Positions 8,010-16,254 are shown, counted from the first letter of the stretch. The stretch is DNA of 24,000 nt from Vagococcus intermedius (GCF_029144185.1 NZ_CP110232.1:1422164-1446163), one strand, 5' to 3'. The notes: generated by a model from the letters alone, not told the origin. Translations and numbers: made by a program.

Positions 8010-9401
8010 CTAATTTAATAACTTAACATTTTTTAAAATACGCTCTTCGTCACTATTTGTAACCACATCTAAAATATTCATGATAAATTTTAAATACTGT
8101 TTATTATCAAATTCGGTAATAAAATCGCTAATCAAATAAATAAATGTATCCTCATTTCTAAAATTAATACTATCAGGGTTATCAGTAATAATAACATTAG
8201 CTTCACTAATATCTGAAGTGACTTTTACTACATCAGGGTTGAAAACTTGTTCAATTGAATCAATAAATAACTGTGTAATAAAAATAGAATCTAAAAATTC
8301 CACATATATTTGAACAGATTCAACTGGTTTGCTTTTTTCTAAGGTCATGGTTATAAAGAAAAATAAGGTTTTAATTGTGGATTCTTTTAACTTAACTTGA
8401 TTGTCTCTAATTGAATTTCTATGACACATAAACTCATCATATTTTTCTGGCATAGACTCACTATAACTTGTTAACATCTTAAGATCCGCTTCTGTCATAA
8501 TAATATTATGGGGACTAACCTCAATAATAGTCACCATCCTAATCATTTCAATGAGAAAGAAACTCATCTGCTCAATTTTTACATAGTTATATTTCCCGTG
8601 ATAATATGCTATCAAATTATAACAAAACTCAACTAAGCTACCACCTTGTTGAATTAAACTGTAAGAAATACGATTTAAATCCTCTGGACTTTGCTTTTTA
8701 TTATACGTACTATCAAATAATTCATAAATAAGCTCTTTATCTGTACAAGGTTCATTTTTTTCACAAATTGTCATTAAGTATGGCCGTAAGTATTCTATGA
8801 CATAATCATCAATCTCATTATTCATAAATTGACTAAACGTAATATGATGCGCTGATGGGAAATATTTACAAAATTGAAAAGTCAACGCAATAATTTTATT
8901 GGCTTCACCAAAAAATTTAACGGCTTTTTTATCAATTTCAATTGTTACACCAAATAACTCTTCAGATGTCTTATTAAAATTGCCAATTAATTTATAAATA
9001 TAACTTGTTGAAATATTTAAATCATATACAACATTTTCCACACTTGATTCTTCATTGATAATAAGATATTTTACTAAATGAAAAATATTTGATTGGTCTA
9101 AGAGATATTTTTTATAACTATACAAAATAATTCTTTTATAGTACGATTTTAAGGGCTCTATGTTGGTATTTTCGGCCATAGAATAAATATTTTTATTTGC
9201 TAGACTAAGACGCTCATCTGTAAAGGTATATGTTAAATTGTTATTCACCTTTAACGGAATATCACATATTGCTAATTCGTCATTGATTGCTTTGATTCTA
9301 TGGGGTAGATTATCTAACTCATGACCTTTAACAGGATTTAATACCTGATTTAAAATAGCATACTTCTCTTGCTGTGCATTATTCAAAAAAATTCTTAACA
9401 A
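8010..9401 (-). CDS. stand-alone Mga/RofA-like (RALP-type) HTH transcriptional regulator, putative
   Basis: Size is about 463 aa. An HTH-like segment (VENVVYDLNISTSYIYKLIGNFNK) sits in the N-terminal third. The C-terminal region (VQIYVEFLDSIFITQLF...EANVIITDNPDS) resembles the EIIB-like tail of RofA as I recall it. I prefer the TTG start at 9401, 8 nt after AGGAGG (9410-9415), over the 39-codon upstream extension in the track. Family assignment is by eye only. Confidence 0.5.
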   Translation of the reverse strand: MLRIFLNNAQQEKYAILNQVLNPVKGHELDNLPHRIKAINDELAICDIPLKVNNNLTYTFTDERLSLANKNIYSMAENTNIEPLKSYYKRIILYSYKKYLLDQSNIFHLVKYLIINEESSVENVVYDLNISTSYIYKLIGNFNKTSEELFGVTIEIDKKAVKFFGEANKIIALTFQFCKYFPSAHHITFSQFMNNEIDDYVIEYLRPYLMTICEKNEPCTDKELIYELFDSTYNKKQSPEDLNRISYSLIQQGGSLVEFCYNLIAYYHGKYNYVKIEQMSFFLIEMIRMVTIIEVSPHNIIMTEADLKMLTSYSESMPEKYDEFMCHRNSIRDNQVKLKESTIKTLFFFITMTLEKSKPVESVQIYVEFLDSIFITQLFIDSIEQVFNPDVVKVTSDISEANVIITDNPDSINFRNEDTFIYLISDFITEFDNKQYLKFIMNILDVVTNSDEERILKNVKLLN

Positions 9402-9597
9402 ACCATAAGCCTCCTGCTTCTTTACTATTTTTATTAAAATAATTATAGCACGTTTTTTATTTGAAATAATTTTGATTTTTCGAGAAATTTTATTATTTTT
9501 TAGAAATAACACACACACTATTTTAACAAAACTCTTTTATGACAACCTTATTTATATTAATTAGCCGACTTTTTCATCAACATGTTAGATAGAAAAA

Positions 9598-9626
9598 TTG
9601 ACAGGTGACACTATGTCACCTATACT
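9598..9626 (+). promoter_or_regulatory. sigma-A promoter with embedded palindromic TetR operator
   Basis: TTGACA (9598-9603), 17-nt spacer, TATACT (9621-9626). The whole spacer is the palindrome GGTGACA-CTA-TGTCACC (9604-9620). Confidence 0.75.
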
Positions 9627-9680
9627 AGTACTAGTAACATTAATTCAATTGTAAGATCGATAGTTAGAAGGAGGAGTTAG

Positions 9681-10301
9681 ATGCCTAAAGAAACTTTTTT
9701 AAATTTACCAACACACAAAAAGGAACTTATTTTGAAGGCTGCACTAAAGGAATTTTCTCAATACAATATTCATGAAGCTTCTGTGGCTAATATTGTAAGA
9801 GATAGCAATATTTCACGCGGTAGTTTTTATAAATATTTTGTTGATATTGAAGACTTGTACTACTATCTTTATCACGAAATAACTTCTCAGGCTCATGGTA
9901 CGGTTATTGATGCCTTAAAATCAGCAAATGGCGATTTATTTCTTGGGTTAGAAAATTATTTAGCCGACTTAGTGACCGCTTTTTCAGAGGATAAGTATCA
10001 TGATTATTTTAAAGTAGTTACGTTAAATTTAAATTATGTTACTCAACGCAAGCTTGCTAAAAAAGAAACTAATTTGAAACCTACCAATCCTGTCGATTTT
10101 ACAAAACTCATTCAAACAGAAAAACTAACCATTACATCACAAGAAGACTTATTAGATTTCTTTAAAGTGTTTGTACCTGTAATCCATGAGTGTCTTAATG
10201 ATTATTTTGCTAATGATTGGCGTTATGAGCAATTAATGGAAGAATATCACCGCCGCATCAAGTGGTTAAAATATGGGATATTAAAAAAAGAAAATGAATA
10301 G
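9681..10301 (+). CDS. TetR/AcrR-family transcriptional regulator
   Basis: 206-aa ORF with an N-terminal TetR HTH (ILKAALKEFSQYNIHEASVANIVRDSNISRGSFYKYF). GGAGG SD upstream. Confidence 0.85.
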   Translation: MPKETFLNLPTHKKELILKAALKEFSQYNIHEASVANIVRDSNISRGSFYKYFVDIEDLYYYLYHEITSQAHGTVIDALKSANGDLFLGLENYLADLVTAFSEDKYHDYFKVVTLNLNYVTQRKLAKKETNLKPTNPVDFTKLIQTEKLTITSQEDLLDFFKVFVPVIHECLNDYFANDWRYEQLMEEYHRRIKWLKYGILKKENE

Positions 10302-10317
10302 GAGATTTTATTTAATT

Positions 10318-10731
10318 ATGAACAAATTAGTTAGAACCAGCGCTTTTTACACAATTTTAGGGTTAGCTCTAGGCGTTTTTTACCGTGAGTTTACCAAGAT
10401 GAACGATTTTACTGGAACAACACAATTATCAGTCACACATACTCATGCCCTAGTTTTAGGAATGTTGACTTTTTTGATTGTCTTACTATTAGAAAAAAAC
10501 TTTCAGTTATCACAGTTCAAACAATTTAACCGTTTTTATATTTTTTACAATATAGGTTTGTTGGTTACTTTAGTTATGTTAACTTTCCATGGTATTATGA
10601 CTGTTTTAGGCAACGAGACGGGACCTGCTATTTCAGGTATCGCTGGTTTAGGTCATATTATTATGACAATCGGATTATTTTTCTTGTTTCAAAGCCTTTC
10701 AAAAGCAGTAAAACTAATTGATAAAAAATAA
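10318..10731 (+). CDS. DUF2871-family small membrane protein
   Basis: Four-TM ORF. The N-terminus MNKLVRTSAFYTILGLALGVFYREFTK matches my recollection of DUF2871 proteins, which are often paired with TetR genes. Alternative start at ATG 10294, which overlaps the TetR stop. Confidence 0.65.
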   Translation: MNKLVRTSAFYTILGLALGVFYREFTKMNDFTGTTQLSVTHTHALVLGMLTFLIVLLLEKNFQLSQFKQFNRFYIFYNIGLLVTLVMLTFHGIMTVLGNETGPAISGIAGLGHIIMTIGLFFLFQSLSKAVKLIDKK

Positions 10732-10811
10732 TAACTACTCTATTTGATTGACCTTTTCACTATAAACGTTTAGCATTAAGGTATGGGTTACAAATGAAAG
10801 GGATGGTTAAT

Positions 10812-11441
10812 ATGAAGATTGGAATTGTTGGTGCTACTGGCAAACAAGGAACACTATTGCTACTTGAAGCATACAAACGTGGACATGAGGTAACAGCTTT
10901 GATTCGTAATCAAGCTAAACTGGCTTATGAAGTCCCATATATTGAAAAAGAATTATATGATTTAACTGAGAATGAGGTCGCTAATTTTGATGTTATTATA
11001 GATGCATTTAATGCCCCTACTATCATGCCGCAACTTCATCAAACGTCACTACGTCACTTAACTAAAATTTTAAAACACAGTGATGCACGTTTATTTGTAG
11101 TAGGTGGTGCGGGGAGTTTAGCTACTGATTCATCACGTACAATCCAACTTTATGAAACGCCCGACTTTCCTAGTGACTTTTACCCAGTTGCCAAAAGTAT
11201 GGCTTTAGCTTTAGATGAATTAAAAAAAAGCCAACATACTACTTGGACATATATTAGTCCTGCTGCTGATTTTAGCGTTGAGGGTGACTTAACGAAAAAC
11301 TATCAATTATCAAATGATGTTTTAACGTTAAACAGTCAAGGTAAGAGTTATATTAGCTATGCTGATTATGCATTAGGATTTATGGACGTTATTGAAAAAG
11401 GTGGTTATGAAAACACTCATTTATCACTCGTTTCAAACTAA
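10812..11441 (+). CDS. NAD(P)H-binding oxidoreductase (atypical SDR, NmrA/YwnB-like)
   Basis: Rossmann N-terminus MKIGIVGATGKQG at the ATG at 10812, preferred over the track start at 10794. Length is about 209 aa. Confidence 0.75.
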   Translation: MKIGIVGATGKQGTLLLLEAYKRGHEVTALIRNQAKLAYEVPYIEKELYDLTENEVANFDVIIDAFNAPTIMPQLHQTSLRHLTKILKHSDARLFVVGGAGSLATDSSRTIQLYETPDFPSDFYPVAKSMALALDELKKSQHTTWTYISPAADFSVEGDLTKNYQLSNDVLTLNSQGKSYISYADYALGFMDVIEKGGYENTHLSLVSN

Positions 11442-11469
11442 AAACCAACTCAAATGAGTTGGTTTTTTT
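11441..11469. terminator. bidirectional rho-independent terminator (oxidoreductase + / BceB-like -)
   Basis: AAAACCAACTC / GAGTTGGTTTT stem with a 4-nt loop, followed by T7 on + and preceded by an A run. Confidence 0.8.
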
Positions 11470-11548
11470 ATTTATTGGTTGATTCCCGAAAAACTATTAA
11501 ATAGCTTACTGATTTTTGACTGTCTTTATTTGTTTAGCTCCATCATTA

Positions 11549-13387
11549 CTATTTTTTAGGTAAGACAATATTTTTATAAAGCTGTGCTGTTATCACATAG
11601 TATATTAAGTAAATAGCACCATATACCGCAAAAGGTAAGGCAATATAATTATATGGATTAGGAATAAAAACAGTAAACATTTTTAATCCCACTAAGACAT
11701 GCACGATTCCTAACACTGCTGGAGCTAAGAAAATAGCAAATAATTCTTGATGTAAGGATTTAATTAACAAATTACGACGGACACCAATCTTATGCAGCAT
11801 GTCATAACGCTTCACATCTTGATATGCTCCTGATAAAATCTTAAACATTAAACAACTAGCCAACATTGCTAAAAAGGCAATTCCTAAAAAGAAGCCCATA
11901 AACATAAAACCACTTGCCATACTTTGGATTTGTTGGTAAATATCATATTTGCTCATTGTAAAATCAGTTGTATTAAAACGTTGTTTTTCTAATTGATCAA
12001 TTTTTTTGAAAATATTAGCTTGTTTTTGATAATCTTTTACTCTAATTACCTGCACAAGCTCTTCTTTCACCTCTAAACTTTCAAAATTTGATTTAGGTAT
12101 GATTTGAAACTGACTATCATAAACACCGATATTAGAAGTAATGTATGGATTTAATAAATTGGAAAGTCCTTGGATCAAATTAAAATCATCATCATTCGCT
12201 ACTGAATAAACATGTGTCTCATCAAATTTAGAAACTTCATGGATATTTGGTGTAAATGTCACTTCAGATCCATTGTATTCTGTTACTTTAAGAGGCTGTT
12301 TCGCAAAATCTTCCTGGATAAAATATGTCACACCTTCTTTATTTTTAGTGTGATAAACTAATTTTTCTTCAATGTTTAATTGTGATACCTGCTTATTAAG
12401 TTCCGCAGTAGGATTATAAATAACGACATCGTTCGGCGTACTTTTCAGAACATCTCCAGCAAAGTTCCTAAAAGCTTGCCCCACTGTAACTGCTCCTAGA
12501 GATAAGGCTAACAACATGCTTACTAGTCCCAGTACTCTTGCTAGAGAAGTTGCCTTAAAACTAAGTTGAGATAAGGTAAAAATCCTAATACCTTTATTAC
12601 TGACAGCCCGTGAACTTTTTACTTGATTCACGACAAAAGGTACAAGGGCATTAAAGAATAAAAATGTTCCTGGTGTAATCGTAATAATCGCAATAAAAAC
12701 CCCAATAATTTGTAACGTTGACATATTAATCATACAGCCATAGCCAATGCCAATTAAGATAAGTGATAATAATATTTTTACAGCAGTTCTAACAGGTTGT
12801 TTCTTACTACGTTCAGATTTAGCTTCACTATACAGTAAATCAAGGGTACTCGTTTTTCTGAATTTCACAACATTTATGATACTTGTAACAATAAATAGGA
12901 TTACAAAAAATAAACTTGTGACCAATAAGGCCAGTGGTACAAATGATTCGTAAGTATTTGAAGGCAGATCGATTAATTGACTTAAGGTGCTCCCCATCAC
13001 TTTAGCCAAAAGTGTGCCAATGACCGTTCCAATCAGCAGAGAACACGCTCCGATGAACAATGTTTCGATCGCAATCATCTGTCCAATTTTACGTTTTTTT
13101 GCACCCAACATCATGTACATACCATATTCTTTTTTTCTCATAGATAATAGAAAGGAATTAGCATAAAAAATATAGACAACTGTGATAATCGCAAGTAAAA
13201 AGGCTCCTAATTGAAACACAATCGTAACCATCGCAACAGTCGGAATATTTTCTTCTAAAAATTTAGTATTTAATGATAACGTTTGAAACATATAAAAAAT
13301 AGCAATTGAGATGATCAGACCCATCATCAAAACTAAATAATCTTGCCAACGTTTTTTGACACTCGTTAGAGATAATTTTAACATCAT
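11549..13387 (-). CDS. BceB-type ABC transporter permease (FtsX-domain, 10 TM with large extracellular domain)
   Basis: 612-aa ORF with about 7 TM, then a roughly 170-aa hydrophilic domain, then 3 TM. This is the BceB/VraG topology. It follows a MacB-type ATPase gene after a 5-nt gap. Confidence 0.8.
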   Translation of the reverse strand: MMLKLSLTSVKKRWQDYLVLMMGLIISIAIFYMFQTLSLNTKFLEENIPTVAMVTIVFQLGAFLLAIITVVYIFYANSFLLSMRKKEYGMYMMLGAKKRKIGQMIAIETLFIGACSLLIGTVIGTLLAKVMGSTLSQLIDLPSNTYESFVPLALLVTSLFFVILFIVTSIINVVKFRKTSTLDLLYSEAKSERSKKQPVRTAVKILLSLILIGIGYGCMINMSTLQIIGVFIAIITITPGTFLFFNALVPFVVNQVKSSRAVSNKGIRIFTLSQLSFKATSLARVLGLVSMLLALSLGAVTVGQAFRNFAGDVLKSTPNDVVIYNPTAELNKQVSQLNIEEKLVYHTKNKEGVTYFIQEDFAKQPLKVTEYNGSEVTFTPNIHEVSKFDETHVYSVANDDDFNLIQGLSNLLNPYITSNIGVYDSQFQIIPKSNFESLEVKEELVQVIRVKDYQKQANIFKKIDQLEKQRFNTTDFTMSKYDIYQQIQSMASGFMFMGFFLGIAFLAMLASCLMFKILSGAYQDVKRYDMLHKIGVRRNLLIKSLHQELFAIFLAPAVLGIVHVLVGLKMFTVFIPNPYNYIALPFAVYGAIYLIYYVITAQLYKNIVLPKK

Positions 13388-13392
13388 AGTAA

Positions 13393-14163
13393 CTACACCA
13401 AACTTTCTGAATCAAGTTCTAGTCCTGCTAATACAGCTAAAATTTCTTGATAAAATTCTTGTTGTGTACCCTCGCGATTAAGTTCTCGATAAATCAAGCC
13501 ATCTTGGATAAATAAAATTCGTTTGCAATAACTGGCGCTAACAGCATCATGCGTGACTAATAAGATAGTCGTTTGGTAGTCTTCGTTTAATCCTCTTAAA
13601 GCTCCTAATAAATTTTTAGCATTTTTTGAATCTAAAGCACCAGTCGGCTCATCGCCTAAAAGTAAGGCTGGATTATGAACTAGCGCTCTAGCTGCTGCTA
13701 CACGTTGTTTTTGCCCACCAGAAACTTCAGTTGGATAGTTATCTAATATACGTTCAATATCCAAAATTTTTGCAATATCTTGAATTTTTTTCTTGGTTTT
13801 AGTCATTGAAACACCTTGTAATGATAAGGGTAATCCTATATTTTGTTGCATCGTTAGATTTTCAAGTAAATTAAAATCCTGAAAAATAAACCCAATATTT
13901 TTTGCTCTAAAATCTGATAACTCACTCTCTTTTAACCCATTTAAACTAGATCCAGATATTTTAATGTCCCCACTAGTTGGACTATCTAAAGCTGATAAAA
14001 TATTTAATAATGTTGTTTTACCTGAGCCAGAAGGCCCCATGATGCCAACAAATTCGCCTTGAGATACTTCAAAAGAAATGTCTTTCAGTGCTTCATGCTG
14101 TTTTTCACCTTTTTTACCATAAACTTTTTTTATATGCGTTGCTTCTAAAACGGTTTTTTTCAT
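13393..14163 (-). CDS. BceA-type ABC transporter ATP-binding protein
   Basis: Walker A GPSGSGKTT, signature SGGQKQR, Walker B LLLGDEPTGALD. GGAGG SD upstream. Confidence 0.9.
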   Translation of the reverse strand: MKKTVLEATHIKKVYGKKGEKQHEALKDISFEVSQGEFVGIMGPSGSGKTTLLNILSALDSPTSGDIKISGSSLNGLKESELSDFRAKNIGFIFQDFNLLENLTMQQNIGLPLSLQGVSMTKTKKKIQDIAKILDIERILDNYPTEVSGGQKQRVAAARALVHNPALLLGDEPTGALDSKNAKNLLGALRGLNEDYQTTILLVTHDAVSASYCKRILFIQDGLIYRELNREGTQQEFYQEILAVLAGLELDSESLV

Positions 14164-14217
14164 AATGATTGTTCCTCCATTTATTTAAGTGATAGACTTT
14201 TCTCACTTGACTTGATA

Positions 14218-14298
14218 ATTATAGTTTACTAGGTATTTTGCCCTTAGGCGTGGGATATATCTTACAAAATAACTTTTCTATCTAACAATTTTGTCACA
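14218..14298 (-). promoter_or_regulatory. putative promoter (-10 TATAAT) with upstream BceR-like response-regulator box
   Basis: Read on the minus strand: TGTGACA-AAAT-TGTTAGA (14298-14281), a third TGTAAGA copy (14266-14260) 21 nt further on, and TATAAT (14223-14218). The first box resembles the B. subtilis bceA operator (TGTGACGAAAATGTCACA) as I recall it. Confidence 0.45.
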
Positions 14299-14310
14299 TG
14301 AATAACAGGA

Positions 14311-14343
14311 AAAAAAAAAGAACTGAATTAATCAGTTCTTTTT
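14311..14343 (-). terminator. rho-independent terminator of the TetR-SMR operon
   Basis: AGAACTGA / TCAGTTCT stem (14319-14339) with a 5-nt loop. On the minus strand it is followed by about T9-10 (the A run 14311-14319 on +). Confidence 0.85.
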
Positions 14344-14345
14344 AA

Positions 14346-14657
14346 CTATCCTAATATTTTTAAGGCCATCGTTGAAGCTAATATCAAACCAATACAAGCT
14401 AAACGTTTGACATCAGTTGAATCTTTATACAAAATAATCCCTACGATAGCTGTTCCAACTGTCCCAATTCCTGTCCAAATAGCATAGCCTGTTCCCATAG
14501 GAATTGTTTGTAGCGCATACGAAAGTAATAGTAAGCTACTTCCCATTGTAAAAAAAGCAAATAACAAAGCGCCTTTATTCCCTTCTGACAACCGTTTAAT
14601 ATTCCAAACACCTATTACTTCCATCAAGCCTGCTGCAACTAAAGCTAACCAATGCAT
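14346..14657 (-). CDS. SMR-family small multidrug-resistance transporter subunit (paired SMR, second subunit)
   Basis: 103-aa, 4-TM ORF with a conserved membrane Glu (AAGLMEVIGV). Its start abuts the stop of the upstream SMR gene. Confidence 0.8.
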   Translation of the reverse strand: MHWLALVAAGLMEVIGVWNIKRLSEGNKGALLFAFFTMGSSLLLLSYALQTIPMGTGYAIWTGIGTVGTAIVGIILYKDSTDVKRLACIGLILASTMALKILG

Positions 14658-14993
14658 TTACTTGTCCCCCTTACTTGTATCAGTTTCAATTAACTTTAAA
14701 CCTAATATGCCTAAAATCAAAGTTCCCATAAAAACTAACTTTAAAAGAGAAACGGATTCATTGAAAAAGACAGCACCAACAATGATACTTCCTACCGAAC
14801 CTAAGCCGGCAAATACTGCATAAACAGTCCCAATGGGTAAATGTTTGACTGACGACGTTAGTAAATAAAAACTAACTACCACACCTATTGCTGTAAAAAA
14901 CCACTCTAATGGTGTGGAAGCGTGGGCTAGTCCACTGACCCATACCATTTCAAAGATTGATGCTACCACTACCTTTAACCATTCTTTTGTCAT
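14658..14993 (-). CDS. SMR-family small multidrug-resistance transporter subunit (paired SMR, first subunit)
   Basis: 111-aa, 4-TM ORF with a conserved Glu in TM1 (ASIFEMVWVSGL). The tandem arrangement is typical of heterodimeric SMR pairs. Confidence 0.8.
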   Translation of the reverse strand: MTKEWLKVVVASIFEMVWVSGLAHASTPLEWFFTAIGVVVSFYLLTSSVKHLPIGTVYAVFAGLGSVGSIIVGAVFFNESVSLLKLVFMGTLILGILGLKLIETDTSKGDK

Positions 14994-15010
14994 AAGACAC
15001 CTCTTAATTT

Positions 15011-15553
15011 TTAATTATTTTCTTTTGTCCATGAAATTAAGCGTTCTAAAAGATCTTCTCTTAATTTCGGTTCTAATGAGCTTGCTTTAAATAATTCACC
15101 ATAATATAATCCATCAATAGCTAAACGGATAATAGTTCCTAAAACAGGATCATAACCATCTGTTACTGCACGTTTTTGCATAAATTCAAGACTATCTGTT
15201 GCGACATCTGATTTTTGACTTGCTAAGGCCGCGGCAACTAAAGCATTGTTAATAGCTCGATCACTCGTCAAGTCTTCATCTGACACTTTGATTAGGGCGC
15301 GTGACCAAGCCCCTACTTGACCTTCCTCTTTTTTAGCCATATTTTCTATTTTATCTAAATAGTCTCGGTCTAACATTGTGGCAAGTTCGATTAAGAGTAA
15401 ATCCTTGTTAGGATAATAATGTGTCACTCCCCCTTTACTAAGACCTGCTTGCGCTGCTACTTCATCCAAGGTAATATCCATCAATCCTTTTTTAGCCAAT
15501 AATTCATTAGCGCTTCTTAAAATATGTTGTTTTTTTAATTCTGCTTTTGACAT
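15011..15553 (-). CDS. TetR/AcrR-family transcriptional regulator
   Basis: N-terminal HTH (ILRSANELLAKKGLMDITLDEVAAQAGLSKGGVTHYY). I prefer the ATG at 15553 (AAGGAG SD 7 nt upstream) over the GTG at 15556. Confidence 0.85.
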   Translation of the reverse strand: MSKAELKKQHILRSANELLAKKGLMDITLDEVAAQAGLSKGGVTHYYPNKDLLLIELATMLDRDYLDKIENMAKKEEGQVGAWSRALIKVSDEDLTSDRAINNALVAAALASQKSDVATDSLEFMQKRAVTDGYDPVLGTIIRLAIDGLYYGELFKASSLEPKLREDLLERLISWTKENN

Positions 15554-15615
15554 CACTTAACTCCTTACCATAATCTTTTATATAGAAAAGCGAACAAAAC
15601 GACCAGTCGGTTTTT

Positions 15616-15644
15616 ATTTTAGCAAGTTTTGCTAACTTAGTCAA
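15616..15644 (-). promoter_or_regulatory. sigma-A promoter of the TetR-SMR operon with embedded palindromic operator
   Basis: Minus strand: TTGACT (15644-15639), 17-nt spacer, TAAAAT (15621-15616). The palindrome TTAGCAA-AAC-TTGCTAA (15635-15619) fills the spacer and overlaps the -10. Confidence 0.7.
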
Positions 15645-15980
15645 TTTATATTTTAATAGTTATTCCAAACTAGTCTAACTCCTATCATCTTCACTTTTAA
15701 GACTAAATTTATCATTAGAGTCCAGTAACTCTCTTAAAAAAACTAACTACTTAAGTTAACTTGATTTGTTTACTTATTAATTAAATAACTATGTATTTAT
15801 TAATCTCTTTACTGCCCATATGTCCCTCATTTTGATAAGTTTCCAACAATGAATAATTAAGTGAATAACCAACAGTTTTTATAAAAAAGATGGTAAATCA
15901 TACTTTTTTACCAATATAATTATTAAGTCTTAAAAAATAAGAGATAACCTTGCTAGCTAACTATCTTTAAAATTTAAGTC

Positions 15981-16009
15981 TTGACATAATTTTAAATCTA
16001 TGGGATAGT
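15981..16009 (+). promoter_or_regulatory. promoter of the T-box leader
   Basis: TTGACA (15981-15986), 17-nt spacer, extended -10 TGgGATAGT (16001-16009). Confidence 0.6.
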
Positions 16010-16021
16010 ATGACTCATATC

Positions 16022-16254
16022 TAATTTCTTAAGTAAGTCCCAGTAGCTTCTCATTTTAGAGGATAGAGAGTTGACGGTCGGTGCAAGTCAATCAGAGTGA
16101 GCAGGTGAATTACAACTTACATGTCTTAAGAAATGGCTTGAGCGCCTTATCCCTCAAAAGAGAAAAGCCGATGCTTTAAAATTTGGGTGGTACCACGACA
16201 TAGTTCGTCCCTGTTAAATTCATTTATGATAATGAATTTAACAGGGACTTTTTG
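16022..16254 (+). promoter_or_regulatory. T-box riboswitch leader (tRNA-sensing antitermination), specifier most likely UAC (Tyr)
   Basis: - Stem I: AG bulge AGAGAG (16065-16070) and distal loop GGTGCAA (16080-16086).
- Specifier loop: AGTA (16042-16045) opposite GAA (16107-16109), then T-TAC-A (TAC 16111-16113) directly before the lower helix ACTTAC (16115-16120).
- T-box core: AAATTTGGGTGGTACCACG (16178-16198).
- Antiterminator: GGG / TGGTACC bulge / ACG..CGT / CCC.
- Terminator: perfect 18-bp stem (16207-16224 with 16231-16248) followed by T5. Confidence 0.9.

Noticed and set aside
9402-9518. 39-codon N-terminal extension of the Mga/RofA-like ORF (track start at 9518)
   Set aside because: The extension is Lys/Ile-rich low-complexity sequence with no SD. 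An AGGAGG lies 8 nt upstream of an in-frame TTG at 9401, which gives a more credible start.
12747-12953. 68-aa plus-strand ORF inside the BceB-like gene
   Set aside because: Antisense shadow ORF within a well-supported permease CDS.
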